The notes: generated by a model from the letters alone, not told the origin. A stretch of 64,000 nt of DNA from Endomicrobiales bacterium (GCA_963794945.1 CAWCFT010000006.1:32001-96000); one strand, 5' to 3'. Positions 33,241 to 44,488 are shown, counted from the stretch's first letter. Made by a program: numbers and translations.

Positions 33241-34971
33241 TCAATCTGTTTTCAGCGGCAATTTAACGCTGAAGGTCGTTCCCTTGCCAACTACGCTATT
33301 GACCTCAATAACTCCGCCATGCCTCTCTTCCACTATTTTCTGAACTACTGCGAGGCCGAGCCCGGTACCCTTCGACTTGGTTGAAAAGAAAGGTTCGAAT
33401 ATCTTCTTTATGACTTCCGGTTTCATTCCGGAGCCAGTATCCATGACGTTAAGACAGGCGGCCGTCACGTTCTTGCCATCCTTTAACATGGCAGCTTTAT
33501 AGACCTGGAGCCTGAGCGTCCCTGTACCCTTATCATGCATAGCGTCTATGGCGTTGTTGACAAGGTTCCTGACTACCTGTTTTATCTCTTCTATATCTAC
33601 CATCACTTTGAACGTGCCGGTGAGTTCGAGCTGGAGCTCTATTGTGTCCGGTACTTTAGTCGCCTGCATGATCTCGTTTACCACATCAGGCAGGTTCCTT
33701 TCCGAAAGCACGGGCGGCCTGGTACGCGAGAAATCCAGCATGTTGTCTATGATCCTCGATGTAGATTTGATCTCGGACTCAATTATATTGGCCGATTTTT
33801 CCATTATAGGGTTCACGTCTGTCATTTTCGTTATGAGCCTCTTTATAAGGAACACTGAGTTGGTCATGGCGGCAAGCGGATTCCTAATCTCGTGGCCAAG
33901 GATATTGGCCATTTGACCAATACTAGAAAGCCTGGCGGTCTTTTTTACTTCCTCCTGCATGTCCTTTATCTTTACGGTCATGTTATTGAATATATTTACA
34001 AGCTTACCGAGCTCATCGCTTGATACGCTCTGGACCTTGTAGTCAAGGTTGCCGCTCGCCACAATCTCTATACCGGCTATAAGTTTTGTTATCGGGCTCG
34101 AAAGGTTCTTTGCGAGGAAGAGCGCCGCGAATATCGAAAAAGAAAGTGTGATGATTATGAGCACAATGGCGCCTATCCAGAGTTTGTTCACCGGCGCGTA
34201 CGCCGTGTTCGCCGGCTCCGAAAGGACCACCAACCAGCCAGGCCCGCGGCTTTTGGAAACAATGTTCACGTTCCCGTCTTTAAGGAATACTGTATCGAGC
34301 GGCGAATCTTTAAATGAGGAATATCTATCCTTGTCTGTTGAACGGATCGGGCCGAGGGTGGAAACGGCATTGCCTTCCTGGTCGATCAATATGACCTGTT
34401 TTTCTGACCTGTCTTCAAAATTCTGTATGACGCGCCGCATCCTCTCAAGAAGAAAATCAATCTTTACACGAAAATAGAAGTATTCTCGGGGCTGTATGCT
34501 GACAGGATAAGATATATCGAAATAGGGTATATCTTTTGCTGTATGGAATATGCCGCCAGTCTCAACTCCGTGCGTATCGTTCGATTTTTTTACAAGGTCT
34601 TTGTTTATGACCAGCCCGTACGTTCCACCGTCTTCAGTCATGCCCGAAGCCACGTCCATGTTGCTGTTCAATAGCAGTATCCCAAGCAGGTTTTTGGTTT
34701 GAGCCATTTCGCCCAAAATCAAACCGAATTTTGAGCTGGTTGAAAGCGTCTTCTCTTTATCTGCTTTTCTCGCTATATCAAGAAAGGGTTCCACTTCGGC
34801 AAAATACTTATTCACTTCCCTAGTCATATTCTCGGCAACGCTGAGGCTGTTCCTGTTGATAACGGTTTTGAGCGTGTTGCCCGTGGTTTTAAGGAGGATG
34901 TAGCTGTAAACTATAAGAGGTATGGTGGATACTACTATTAAAGCGATAAGGAATTTGTGGAACAACTTCAT
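33241..34971 (-). CDS. Membrane sensor histidine kinase (periplasmic domain, HAMP, HisKA, HATPase)
   Basis: LGHEIRNPL H-box, NLVNNAIDAM, DTGSGM, FEPFFSTKSKGTGLGL. Confidence 0.93.
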   Translation of the reverse strand: MKLFHKFLIALIVVSTIPLIVYSYILLKTTGNTLKTVINRNSLSVAENMTREVNKYFAEVEPFLDIARKADKEKTLSTSSKFGLILGEMAQTKNLLGILLLNSNMDVASGMTEDGGTYGLVINKDLVKKSNDTHGVETGGIFHTAKDIPYFDISYPVSIQPREYFYFRVKIDFLLERMRRVIQNFEDRSEKQVILIDQEGNAVSTLGPIRSTDKDRYSSFKDSPLDTVFLKDGNVNIVSKSRGPGWLVVLSEPANTAYAPVNKLWIGAIVLIIITLSFSIFAALFLAKNLSSPITKLIAGIEIVASGNLDYKVQSVSSDELGKLVNIFNNMTVKIKDMQEEVKKTARLSSIGQMANILGHEIRNPLAAMTNSVFLIKRLITKMTDVNPIMEKSANIIESEIKSTSRIIDNMLDFSRTRPPVLSERNLPDVVNEIMQATKVPDTIELQLELTGTFKVMVDIEEIKQVVRNLVNNAIDAMHDKGTGTLRLQVYKAAMLKDGKNVTAACLNVMDTGSGMKPEVIKKIFEPFFSTKSKGTGLGLAVVQKIVEERHGGVIEVNSVVGKGTTFSVKLPLKTD

Positions 34972-35086
34972 TAATTCTCTCCGTTCATATAATAAAGATT
35001 TTATACTAAAGGCCGAAGACTATAGGCTAAAGTCTTTTTATCAGGTTCCCGGACATAAGCCTGCAAAGCAACCCGGGTTTTTGACA

Positions 35087-36688
35087 TCACTGCGCGAACC
35101 TGTTTATCAGCGTGTTCTCGGGCTTATCCTTCGTGTTCGGGTAATCTATGTTATAGTTAAGCCCGCGGCTCTCCTGCCGCATGCGGGCTGAGCGTATTAT
35201 CAGTTCTGACACAGTGGCGATATTGCGCAGCTCAATGAGGTCGCTTGTAACAATGAAATCCCAGTAATATTCACTGATCTCCTGCTGAAGAAGGCCCATC
35301 CGCCTCCAGGCCCGCTCGAGGCGTTTGTTAGAGCGGACAATGCCAACGTAATTCCACATAAAACGCCTTATCTCTTCCCAGTTCTGACTGACTACGACCG
35401 ATTCATCGGAATTTTTTGCGCTGCCCGAATCCCACCTCGGGACTTCGGGAAAGCCGCCATTATCTTTGACTAGCTCTTTAGCTCTGGCCACTGCCCTGTC
35501 AGCGAAAACTATCGCCTCCAGCAGCGAGTTGGATGCGAGCCTATTGGCGCCGTGGAGGCCCGTGCAGGCTGTTTCGCCAAGAGCGAAGAGCCGGTTTATG
35601 GATGTCTCGCCGAACTCGTTCGTTTGCACGCCACCGCAGAAATAATGTGTGGCTGGGACCACTGGTATCAGGTCTTTCGCCATGTCTACGCCGAACTCCA
35701 GGCACTTCTTATAGATATTAGGAAAACGCTTTTTTATAAACTCAGCCGGCTTATGCGTTATATCGAGATAAACAAAATCGTCTCCGGTGGCCTTAAGCTC
35801 GCTGTCTATCGCCCTCGCCACGACATCTCTAGGCGCAAGCTCTTTTGAGGGATGATATTTTTCCATGAAGGTCGATCCGTTCTTAAGCCTGAGCACCGCG
35901 CCTTCTCCTCTAACTGCTTCGGATATAAGGAACGATTTTGCCTGCGGGTGGTAGAGACAGGTTGGATGGAACTGGACGAACTCCATGTTGGCGAGCGTCG
36001 CGCCGCAGCGGTAGGCCATGGCCATGCCGTCTCCGGTGGACACATCGGCGTTAGAGGTGTAAATATACGCCTTGCCGGCACCGCCTGTAGCAAGCACTAC
36101 GGCTTTAGCGAGGTACATCTTTATAGTATTGTTCTTTTTATCAAGCACGTAAGCGCCCCAACAGCGCTCATCGGGGCCCGCGAACTTTTTGTTTATCTTC
36201 CCCGTTGTTATGAGATCAATGACGATGTGATCTTCGAATATCTCGATGCCTGCAGTCTCCGTAACTTTTTTGACCAGCACTTTTTCTATCTCATGGCCTG
36301 TTATGTCACCCGCATGAAAAATTCGCCTCTTGGAATGCCCGCCTTCGAGGCCAAGCTCAAATTCGTTATCCGGGCTGTTTTCTGAGACCGTGAAATTCAC
36401 GCCCCAGTCAATGAGCTCTTTGAGCCGGGCCGGTCCCTCTTTGACAACTATCTCAACAACTTTTTTACTGCAAAGCCCTGCTCCGGCTACGAGGGTATCT
36501 TCGATGTGTTTGTCGAACGAATCGTCCGGTGTCCATACAGCGGCAATCCCGCCCTGGGCTATATCTGTTGAAGAGTCGCTTACAGCCCGTTTTGTCACAA
36601 CAGCGACGGAACCAAATTCACTGGCCTTGGCGGCGAAACTCAGGCCGGCGATCCCGCTGCCGATGACCAGAAAATCAGTTTTAATCAT
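35087..36688 (-). CDS. nadB: L-aspartate oxidase
   Basis: GSGIAGL, AQGGIA, EGGHSKRRI, QFHPT, ELAPRDVVAR, GLHGANRLASNSLLE. Confidence 0.96.
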   Translation of the reverse strand: MIKTDFLVIGSGIAGLSFAAKASEFGSVAVVTKRAVSDSSTDIAQGGIAAVWTPDDSFDKHIEDTLVAGAGLCSKKVVEIVVKEGPARLKELIDWGVNFTVSENSPDNEFELGLEGGHSKRRIFHAGDITGHEIEKVLVKKVTETAGIEIFEDHIVIDLITTGKINKKFAGPDERCWGAYVLDKKNNTIKMYLAKAVVLATGGAGKAYIYTSNADVSTGDGMAMAYRCGATLANMEFVQFHPTCLYHPQAKSFLISEAVRGEGAVLRLKNGSTFMEKYHPSKELAPRDVVARAIDSELKATGDDFVYLDITHKPAEFIKKRFPNIYKKCLEFGVDMAKDLIPVVPATHYFCGGVQTNEFGETSINRLFALGETACTGLHGANRLASNSLLEAIVFADRAVARAKELVKDNGGFPEVPRWDSGSAKNSDESVVVSQNWEEIRRFMWNYVGIVRSNKRLERAWRRMGLLQQEISEYYWDFIVTSDLIELRNIATVSELIIRSARMRQESRGLNYNIDYPNTKDKPENTLINRFAQ

Positions 36689-36712
36689 AATTGGCCGGTT
36701 ACTTTTTGGATA

Positions 36713-37216
36713 TTATTCTGTTTTGAACCACCGTGTGACTGAGGAGAGTTTTTCTTTTACATCGTCCGGGCTTTTTTCCATTATCTCTTTTATATTCTTG
36801 CGGTCTTCAAGGACAGCATCCCTAATATTGTCAAGCATGTTCTGCAGCTCTGTGGCCGACTCTTTAAGCTCATCATGTTTGCGAAGCGAAACATCGGACG
36901 TGAGATCGCCCGCTGACAGGTTCTTTATAGCCCTGTCAAAAACGAACAGCGGGCCGACTATCCTGTGGAAAACGAAAACGCTTAAAATACCGAAGGCCGC
37001 CAGCAGTATCAGCACAACCCAGACAAAATTCAACTGGTACGCGTGCTCTAGCTCAGTGACGTCACCAGCACTCAACCTGTCAAGCCCGGAAGAATGGACG
37101 AGCGAGCTCCAGAAAACAAAGTACATTGCGATGGATGTTAGGACAATTATCGATATTACGGCGGCGAGATACTTGAGCTGGAGCTTGGGGCTGACGATGT
37201 AGTTCGTACGCAACAT
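36713..37216 (-). CDS. Small two-TM HAMP-domain membrane protein
   Basis: HRIVGPL...GDLTSDVSLRKHDEL HAMP pattern. Confidence 0.75.
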   Translation of the reverse strand: MLRTNYIVSPKLQLKYLAAVISIIVLTSIAMYFVFWSSLVHSSGLDRLSAGDVTELEHAYQLNFVWVVLILLAAFGILSVFVFHRIVGPLFVFDRAIKNLSAGDLTSDVSLRKHDELKESATELQNMLDNIRDAVLEDRKNIKEIMEKSPDDVKEKLSSVTRWFKTE

Positions 37217-37239
37217 GAAATACCTCTCAGATTTGCGTT

Positions 37240-38085
37240 TTATTGTACTATCACGTTGTCAATAAGACGCGTTTTACCGACCCAGACCGCGCAAAGAACA
37301 GCAACAGGCAAGTCCAGCCGTTTCTTCTGAACAAGAGTCTCGGGATCACAGGCTTCGATGTAGTCTATACTTGAGTCCGGTATCCCGCTTATCGAACGTC
37401 TCAAATTATTTATTATTTTTCCACTGTTTTTTGATTTTGAATATTTTATCAAATAGCTCGCCCGTTGTAAAGCCTCGTTTATACGCGCAGCTGCGTTCCT
37501 TTCGCCATCTGAAAGGTAGGAGTTCCTGCTCGACCTCGCAAGGCCGGAACTCTCGCGAATAATGGGGCACCGCACGATCTTCACCGGAAAATTCAGGTCG
37601 CTGGCCATGCGCTCAATGATCCTCACCTGCTGGAAATCCTTTTGTCCGAAATACGCCCTGTCAGGAGATATAATATTAAAGAGCTTTGCCACGACAGTCG
37701 TCACGCCCCTGAAATGGCCGGGGCGGAACTTCCCGCAGAGCATATCAGACATCATGTCGACTTTTATATATGTGCGATAGCCTTCTGGGTACATCGCATT
37801 GACGCTCGGCGCAAATATAATGTCAACCCCTGCTTTGCGGCACAGGGCGCTGTCTTTCGCGAACGGGCGAGGGTACCTCAGATAGTCTTCCTTGGGCCCG
37901 AACTGGGCAGGGTTAACGAATATGGATACGGCAACAACATCGTTCTCCGCGCGGGCCCTATTTACAAGGGAAAGATGCCCCTCATGCAGGGCGCCCATTG
38001 TTGGGACAAGCCCCACGCTACTGCCTTTCTTTTTCAAAACCTTTACTTCTTTCTGCATTTCTTCCGGAGAACGGATAATTTTCAT
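37240..38085 (-). CDS. panC: Pantoate-beta-alanine ligase
   Basis: VPTMGALHEGH, SIFVNP, RPGHFRG, FGQKD, SSRN, RLIDN. Confidence 0.97.
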   Translation of the reverse strand: MKIIRSPEEMQKEVKVLKKKGSSVGLVPTMGALHEGHLSLVNRARAENDVVAVSIFVNPAQFGPKEDYLRYPRPFAKDSALCRKAGVDIIFAPSVNAMYPEGYRTYIKVDMMSDMLCGKFRPGHFRGVTTVVAKLFNIISPDRAYFGQKDFQQVRIIERMASDLNFPVKIVRCPIIRESSGLARSSRNSYLSDGERNAAARINEALQRASYLIKYSKSKNSGKIINNLRRSISGIPDSSIDYIEACDPETLVQKKRLDLPVAVLCAVWVGKTRLIDNVIVQ

Positions 38086-38479
38086 CTTGCCTGGCCTCTA
38101 TGTGAAAACTCATCAAGTTTTTATATTATACATTTTTTGTTGCCTTAGTACATAAAAACTTGAACTTAGCAGCACATAGATCAAATAAGGCCGATTTCAT
38201 ATCTACCTGTTTTACCTGGCAACGGCAGGGTAAATCTCGCGCCTTTTACAACTTCTTTATAAAGTTTAACTTATAATTTGCCCTTGTTCAATGAATTTAG
38301 GAATTTTATGATGAAAGGATGTATTGCAATCCGCGGATCATTCGGTGTGTTGTTTGTGATTGGATGTTATTGAAAAGAAAGATCTCATCAGCGGCGACTG
38401 CTTTGAGTATAATGGTGTTTTATCAGGCACTTTAGACTTCTTTGCTTCAGGGCTTGACGCTTTTTGATGATACGAGAAC

Positions 38480-38977
38480 TCAAACTGGTATCTTTTCGTG
38501 CAAATCGTTCCCGGTTACCTTGTCTTTGCCGAACAACTCTAAATACTGAACTTTAGGGACAAATATAGCTTCCCTTTCATCGATGAATATTTTTTCCAGC
38601 CACGCCGGTCTTCCATTTATGACTATTTCCGATCTTATCTTGTTTTTTTCGCTGCTGATCCTGATAACCCTGCTGCTGAACGATTCTATTACTAGTTTAT
38701 ATGTTCTCGATTTTTTGTCAAACTGGCAATGATAGCCGTAAGCCTTTTTGTCCAGCGCGCTCAGCTCCTGCCGGCGCCCGTCACGAGCAAGAAGCACCCA
38801 GTACGCTGTGACAGGCTTGCGAGGGTCTATTTTGCCGTTCGAACTCAGGTTTGCGTCGTAATGTATGACATTGGCGTTCTTGCTTCTCGCAATAATGAAT
38901 AGCGGGCTGGTCTTTGCGTCCAAAGCGGTTGTAACGAATAGGAAAAGAAAAGTAAATACTGTCCAAAAATATCTCAT
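38480..38977 (-). CDS. Exported protein, DUF4833-like
   Basis: Signal peptide; LFIIARSKNANVIHYD, VQYLELFGKD. Confidence 0.7.
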   Translation of the reverse strand: MRYFWTVFTFLFLFVTTALDAKTSPLFIIARSKNANVIHYDANLSSNGKIDPRKPVTAYWVLLARDGRRQELSALDKKAYGYHCQFDKKSRTYKLVIESFSSRVIRISSEKNKIRSEIVINGRPAWLEKIFIDEREAIFVPKVQYLELFGKDKVTGNDLHEKIPV

Positions 38978-38997
38978 ATACAGAATGCGCCTGCTCG

Positions 38998-40091
38998 TCA
39001 GGCCCTGGAAACCGATGGCTCGAGCCTGGGATAATCTATATAGCCTTTTTCCTCGCCCACGTAGAACGTATCAGGGTTCGGTTCGTTCAACACGGCTTTC
39101 CTCTTAAAGCGCTCTAGAAGGTCGGGGTTCGCCAGAAAAAGACAACCGAACGAAACAAGGTCAGCGCTCCCGCTCCCGATAAGCTTCGTTGCCGCTTTCG
39201 AGGTCATAGCCGCCGTTTAAAATCAAAGTTCCGCTGAACGACTCGCGTATAAGCGCGGCGATGCGGGCCTCATCCGGCACGCGCGGTGTCCTTCCACCCA
39301 GAGACTCAACCAGATGAAGATAACCTATCCTTAGTGAACTCAATTCTTTCGCGAATGTTGAGAAAGTCAACCTTGGATCGGAATCGAACATCGACCCAGA
39401 TGAGTAATGCGGAGATATTTTATATCCCACGCAGCCCGCGCCCCACACGCCTATAACTGCCCGCGCAACCTCCAGCGGAAGACGCATGCGGTTAGTGAGG
39501 CTGCCTCCGTAATTATCGGTGCGCTGGTTTGATCCGTCCCTTAGGAACTGGTCGAGCAGGTAGCCGTTAGCGCCGTGTATCTCGGCCCCATCGAAACCAG
39601 CCGTCTTCGCGTTTTCAGCGCCTTTCCTAAACTGCTCTACGATGTCAGGTATCTCGCTAAGCCTGAGAGCCCAGGGAATAACAATTTTTTTTCTTCCGAG
39701 AGGGGTCAATACCTCGCCGTCTACCGGCAGCGCGGAAGGGGCAACTGGCAACAGGCCGCCGTGAAAATCCGGGTGCGACATCCTGCCGACATGCCAGAGC
39801 TGGATAAATATCTTGCCTCCGGCCTCGTGCACGGCATCTGTGACTTTTCTCCAGCCGGCGACCTGCTCTCTCGTGTGTATCCCCGGAGTTCTTACGTAGC
39901 CGACGCCCTGAGGGCTCACCTGCGAACCCTCTGTAATTATCAGTCCTGCCGTAGCCCTTTGAGAGTAATACGTTGCCGGCAGCCGGATGCGGCACATTGC
40001 CAGAGATCGCGCGGCTGCGAGTCATGGGAGACATAACCATGCGGTTCGCAAGTTCATACCCGTCAAGCACATAATAGGAAAAAAGGTTCAT
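38998..40091 (-). CDS. Old yellow enzyme family alkene reductase (two frameshifts)
   Basis: NRMVMSPMTRSRA, QLWHVGR, EIHGANGYLLDQF, FLANPDL, GYIDYP. Confidence 0.92.
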
Positions 40092-40101
40092 CGCCGCCTC
40101 C

Positions 40102-41061
40102 TCAAATACCGCATTTCACACGACAGCTTCGAGCTTGCGTTGGGGATGCACCGCTACGCCGGCCATGTGCCGGCCGAACCAGCTCGCCTCTTTCCACAGC
40201 CTGGTCGACATACTTGTCCTGGTCATAGAGGTCTATGTGGTTTGTTGTTTCTATCCAGAAAATATCTTTTGTCACCTTAAGGTTGTTATAGAAGTCTCTG
40301 GCGCCTTCCGGGGTACAGAAGTTGTCTCGTGTTCCATGGATGATGATAGTAGGCACAGTGATATCTTTCGCGCTGTCTTTCGCGTTGAACGTCATGAATC
40401 CTTCATAGCCCATAACGGCAAAAAGGTTAACATAGTTGGGCGAATATCCTCTCGCCGTCCCGTAATAAGCGTAGGGCTCTTCCGTCGGCATTGCGGCGTT
40501 CATGTCCCTGGGGTCAGCCGAGACCGCTGGAACGTATTCTACCTCTCCGGTCTCCTGGTATTTTTCTTCTGCTTTTCTCGACCTCTCAATGGTCGCCTTG
40601 TACCCGTCTTCGCCTATCCAGCGTTTCATAGAGTTTGGGTCATGGTAGCAAGCGGCAATACCTGCGAACGCCTTCACCCTGTAATCGATGGCAAGCGCCC
40701 TCACCATATGCCCGCCTCCTGCGCACACACCGACTGCACCCAACCTTTCGGGATCAACGTCGCTGCGGGATAGAAGATATGAGACCGCGTTGTGTATGTC
40801 CTGTATTTTTTTTAGCGGTGACTCCAACTGTCTCGGCTCGCCCTCACTTTCCCCATAAAACCGGTGGTCAAAAGTTAAGCATAGATAGCCTTTCTTTGCG
40901 AGCTTTCTTGCGTAAACAGCCACAACCTGGTCTTTGAGCCCCGTCATCGGCCCGTCAAAGACCAGCGCGGGATGCTTCGCGCCTTTTTTATAGTTATCCG
41001 GTATGAACAATAGTCCCGCTATTTTTTTCCCTTCGCTTGTGAACGTCACTTTCTCTTCCAT
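40102..41061 (-). CDS. Alpha/beta hydrolase (C-terminus probably frameshifted)
   Basis: FDHRFYGESEGEPR, GVCAGG nucleophile, HGTRD, HIDLYD. Confidence 0.85.
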   Translation of the reverse strand: MEEKVTFTSEGKKIAGLLFIPDNYKKGAKHPALVFDGPMTGLKDQVVAVYARKLAKKGYLCLTFDHRFYGESEGEPRQLESPLKKIQDIHNAVSYLLSRSDVDPERLGAVGVCAGGGHMVRALAIDYRVKAFAGIAACYHDPNSMKRWIGEDGYKATIERSRKAEEKYQETGEVEYVPAVSADPRDMNAAMPTEEPYAYYGTARGYSPNYVNLFAVMGYEGFMTFNAKDSAKDITVPTIIIHGTRDNFCTPEGARDFYNNLKVTKDIFWIETTNHIDLYDQDKYVDQAVERGELVRPAHGRRSGASPTQARSCRVKCGI

Positions 41062-41078
41062 TGAACCCTCCAAAAGCC

Positions 41079-41546
41079 CTAAGACTGGGGCCTATTGAAC
41101 AAAGAACGCAATTCTTCAACTCTTTTTCTATTGACGCCCAGGTCACCCTTGCCTACTCTTGAAGCAGACCTTACGTGTATAACCATATGTTTAAAATCCA
41201 TTCGCAGTTCCAGGTCATCAACAAAGTGCCAGAACCTGCTCCGGAAAGTTGACCAAAGGTAGCCACCAGTGTCATTTTCTATCCTGCCTCCAAGGTCGAT
41301 TATGCCAATTCTCGCCCTCTCCCAGGCCGAGGCAGGATTCCCGGAATACGCGAAAGGCTCGATGTACGACTCCTTGTCGCTGTTCTCGCTGACAACACAG
41401 TTCGGCGTTCCAGGGCAGAAACGTAACAAGCCATTCACAAGGCCGTTCTGCCTGACTTTCCTTGAACTTATCGACATGTATGTAAATGACCCCAGATAGA
41501 ACGCCGCCAGAGCCGCTAACAGATATAACATGATCTTCAAAACCAA
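41079..41546 (-). CDS. DUF1499 domain protein
   Basis: CPGTPNCVVS, FVDDLE, RSASRVGKGDLGVNRKRVE. Confidence 0.9.
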   Translation of the reverse strand: MVLKIMLYLLAALAAFYLGSFTYMSISSRKVRQNGLVNGLLRFCPGTPNCVVSENSDKESYIEPFAYSGNPASAWERARIGIIDLGGRIENDTGGYLWSTFRSRFWHFVDDLELRMDFKHMVIHVRSASRVGKGDLGVNRKRVEELRSLFNRPQS

Positions 41547-41561
41547 CCTCCGTTCTCAAAC

Positions 41562-42002
41562 CTAAACCTCTTTGTTTTCGTTGCACTCTATTTCGTGTAC
41601 CCACATCGCAGAACCTATCCCCCAAACAATGTTAAGCACGATAACCATAACAGGCATAAGAACGCCCCCGTTAAGACCCATGGGAGCCATACCGCGTGAC
41701 GGAAAAACCACGAACCACGCAACAGGGGTAGGTGCTATGCTGCAAAGCGAACCTCTTAGTACTACAGAACCTTTTAAAATCGGCATAAGGTACATGGCTC
41801 CCCATATCCCGCCACAGGTTACCGCCCAGTATACATGCTCCGGTTCCCATCCGGCCCGTTGATGCAACCCCACAAGTACCGTGACCCCATAACCCCGAAG
41901 AACCAGAAGAACACAGCATTCAATATAGCCGCCCAAAGCTCCGGCCGAAAAAACTAAAAAACTATAGACAACCTTGTGCGCATAGGCCCACCCCCCTTCC
42001 AA
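41562..42002 (-). CDS. Hypothetical membrane protein (start uncertain)
   Basis: Multiple TM segments, GGIWG, NIVWG. Confidence 0.6.
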   Translation of the reverse strand: MEGGWAYAHKVVYSFLVFSAGALGGYIECCVLLVLRGYGVTVLVGLHQRAGWEPEHVYWAVTCGGIWGAMYLMPILKGSVVLRGSLCSIAPTPVAWFVVFPSRGMAPMGLNGGVLMPVMVIVLNIVWGIGSAMWVHEIECNENKEV

Positions 42003-42086
42003 CAGTTGACGGCTTATATTTATATCAAATGATCATGTTCGTCCCGCCGGAAGCCCCACTTGGGTGTTAACAAAGAACAAGGCCTT

Positions 42087-43400
42087 CTATTTTTTTGAGA
42101 CCTCCAGCGGTGTTCGAACATGTTTTATATTCAATATTGGTTTGTTATATTTTTGAGCATGCCTGCTCAGCTCGTTCTGCAGGCAGGAGGCGACGCACTG
42201 CCCGAAATCCGTCTCGTAAGATCTATCGAGCATCACATTTTCATACAAATTGAATACTTTTTCGGCGATCATCCCCCAGGGGTATCTTTCCGCAACCTTT
42301 CTAGCGTTCTCCCCTAGCGCGCGTGCCGCCGAGTCATCGTTTATCAGGTAACACACCGTTTTCGCTATGGCACGGTAGTCAGCCTGGTCATCCAAAATTA
42401 TACCGCTAACATAATTACTTATAAGATGTGAGGCGCCTGCGAGCCTTGTCGTGATCACAGGCAACCCAGCAGCCATCGCCTCAAGTATAACAAGGCCGAA
42501 CGGTTCATAATACGTGGGAAATACCAGAATGTCGCTTGCGGCATAATATTTTTCTATATCCGTGACCCTTCCGGTAAATATTATATTCTTGTCCAACCCG
42601 AGTTTCTTGATCAGCGGCCGGAACGGCGACGGGTCGCCAACGCCAGCAACCAGCACATAGAGATCGCTATTTTGGATTATATTGAGAGCATATATTATCG
42701 CTGACAACCCTTTTCTTTCAAATTCGTGAGCAGGGAAAATTAGCACTTTGTCTTCAGGCTTTAAACCGTGCCTTAACCTGACCTCGTCTCTATAAAGCAC
42801 CCTGGCATTAGGGTTGAACTTATTAGCATCCACGCCGTTCGTTACAACTTCTATTTTATCTCCGTGAATACCGTAATGCTTTATGATGTCATTTTTTACG
42901 GACTGGGATATCGCAATTATCTTTTTAGTGTTTTTCAGGCTGTAATATTCTACGGTTAAAAGAAGTAAGTGAAGAGGGTTCAAAGCCGTTTTCTTAAGCT
43001 TTCCTAGAAAGCCAGTCCTGTTTTGCCTAGACACAGCGAGGCTCTCGGCGTGGCAACTATGGGTTGTAAAGACGTCCGATATACCCACGTAGCATCCCTG
43101 AGAATGAACTACGTCAAAATTCCCTGGTTTAACTATTAATCTGGAGAACAGTGCAAAGCTTGCTATCTCAAAAATATTGTTTAACGCTTTAAGCTTTTTC
43201 TTTTTTAGAAATCCAAAGCTCAACATCGGCACCTTATGAAATATTATGCCAGTCCCTTCAGCGTTCTGCCAGGAAGCGGTGAAAACATGAACCTCGTTAT
43301 CTGCGGCGAAATATTCGGCTATTTCCGCCGCACATCTGGAAATTCCGCCCCATTTGTGGTACTCACGCACTATGACCGCTATTTTCATTATATTATCCAT
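42087..43400 (-). CDS. Glycosyltransferase family 4
   Basis: KWGGISR, NGVD, KGL, YEPFGLVILEAMAAGLPVI. Confidence 0.92.
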   Translation of the reverse strand: MDNIMKIAVIVREYHKWGGISRCAAEIAEYFAADNEVHVFTASWQNAEGTGIIFHKVPMLSFGFLKKKKLKALNNIFEIASFALFSRLIVKPGNFDVVHSQGCYVGISDVFTTHSCHAESLAVSRQNRTGFLGKLKKTALNPLHLLLLTVEYYSLKNTKKIIAISQSVKNDIIKHYGIHGDKIEVVTNGVDANKFNPNARVLYRDEVRLRHGLKPEDKVLIFPAHEFERKGLSAIIYALNIIQNSDLYVLVAGVGDPSPFRPLIKKLGLDKNIIFTGRVTDIEKYYAASDILVFPTYYEPFGLVILEAMAAGLPVITTRLAGASHLISNYVSGIILDDQADYRAIAKTVCYLINDDSAARALGENARKVAERYPWGMIAEKVFNLYENVMLDRSYETDFGQCVASCLQNELSRHAQKYNKPILNIKHVRTPLEVSKK

Positions 43401-43559
43401 CCTTTTATATTTTTCCCTAGCAACTGTGCCTTATGTCTAAAGGACATAAAAATTGCGAGCTTAGTTGAGAATACAACCTACCACGATTATGGTGTACCTG
43501 TGCGGGACCCGAGAGATATACATCTTCACAATATAAAAAACGCAGTAATAAAATAATAT

Positions 43560-44258
43560 TCATCTAGCAACCGAATATGTTGACAGGTCATTTATAGCAA
43601 GTTTGGCTTCGATCGATTCCACTCTTCTTAAAGTAATTTCAAAACTGTCCTCACCCAATAGTTCGTTTTCTTCATCTATAAATTTGCTTCCAAGATCGTC
43701 ATATTCTTTCTCTGACAGGGCTTTGCGGAATGCCGGAAATATTACCGTATCTTCCCGCGATTCATGCGCCCTGAACATTTTTACGATTAAAGCCAGTTTC
43801 TCTGCAATTATATTTTTGCCTGCCGGATCGTTCGTTTCTTCTTTCTTGATTATGAAATCCGTAAGCTCTCTGCCTATTTTGTGTTGTTCTAACAGTACCG
43901 CGACTGTGCCCCGAAGCTCCACGTCTTTTCTGACTACTGGAAAAATATATTTTTCTTCGAGTTTCTCATGGCAGTCTTCTAAAGAATGCATTATACCTGC
44001 GGTATCTGCCAGAACGCCGTAAGGGGTCTTAATATTATTATCCAATCTTTGGATTATTTCATCGTAGATAAGCAGGAGCCTTTCGAGCAGGCCGTGCACT
44101 CTCATCAGATCCTCAAGAGGAGAAACCTGACTGCCTTGTTCGTTGCTTACAACTTCTGGCTCTCGCACTGCCTGGGTAAAAACGTATGTGCCAGCAGCAG
44201 CGCATATAGTGGCAACTTTTATCATTGCCTGCAGATAATCATATTTGTAGATGTCCAT
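43560..44258 (-). CDS. Hemerythrin-like domain protein
   Basis: EDLMRVHGLLER, HEKLEEKYIFP, QHKIGR, HESREDTVIFP. Confidence 0.85.
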   Translation of the reverse strand: MDIYKYDYLQAMIKVATICAAAGTYVFTQAVREPEVVSNEQGSQVSPLEDLMRVHGLLERLLLIYDEIIQRLDNNIKTPYGVLADTAGIMHSLEDCHEKLEEKYIFPVVRKDVELRGTVAVLLEQHKIGRELTDFIIKKEETNDPAGKNIIAEKLALIVKMFRAHESREDTVIFPAFRKALSEKEYDDLGSKFIDEENELLGEDSFEITLRRVESIEAKLAINDLSTYSVAR

Positions 44259-44267
44259 AGACCCTCA

Positions 44268-44477
44268 TCAAACGAACATGCCGTTCACACAAAAATAACC
44301 GCCGCCCAGCTTGTATTCTTTCCACAAGTCGCATTTCCCGCAAATACAACCCTTTTTCTCGTAATTCTGCTTGCTTTTCCCGGCTGAACAAAAAAACCCT
44401 TCATTATCTCCAAGATAACTCGGGCAGTCTCCGCAAATACATTTCTTGCTGTTCGGGACTGTGTTGGGTACTTTCAT
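44268..44477 (-). CDS. Small Cys-rich protein, DUF2769-like
   Basis: CICGDCPSY, FCSAGKS, GCICGKC, YFC. Confidence 0.8.
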   Translation of the reverse strand: MKVPNTVPNSKKCICGDCPSYLGDNEGFFCSAGKSKQNYEKKGCICGKCDLWKEYKLGGGYFCVNGMFV

Positions 44478-44488
44478 TTCGTGCCTCC

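Noticed and set aside
38086..38479. tRNA, riboswitch or att site at the accessory-region boundary
   Set aside because: No cloverleaf, recognisable aptamer or direct repeat found by eye.
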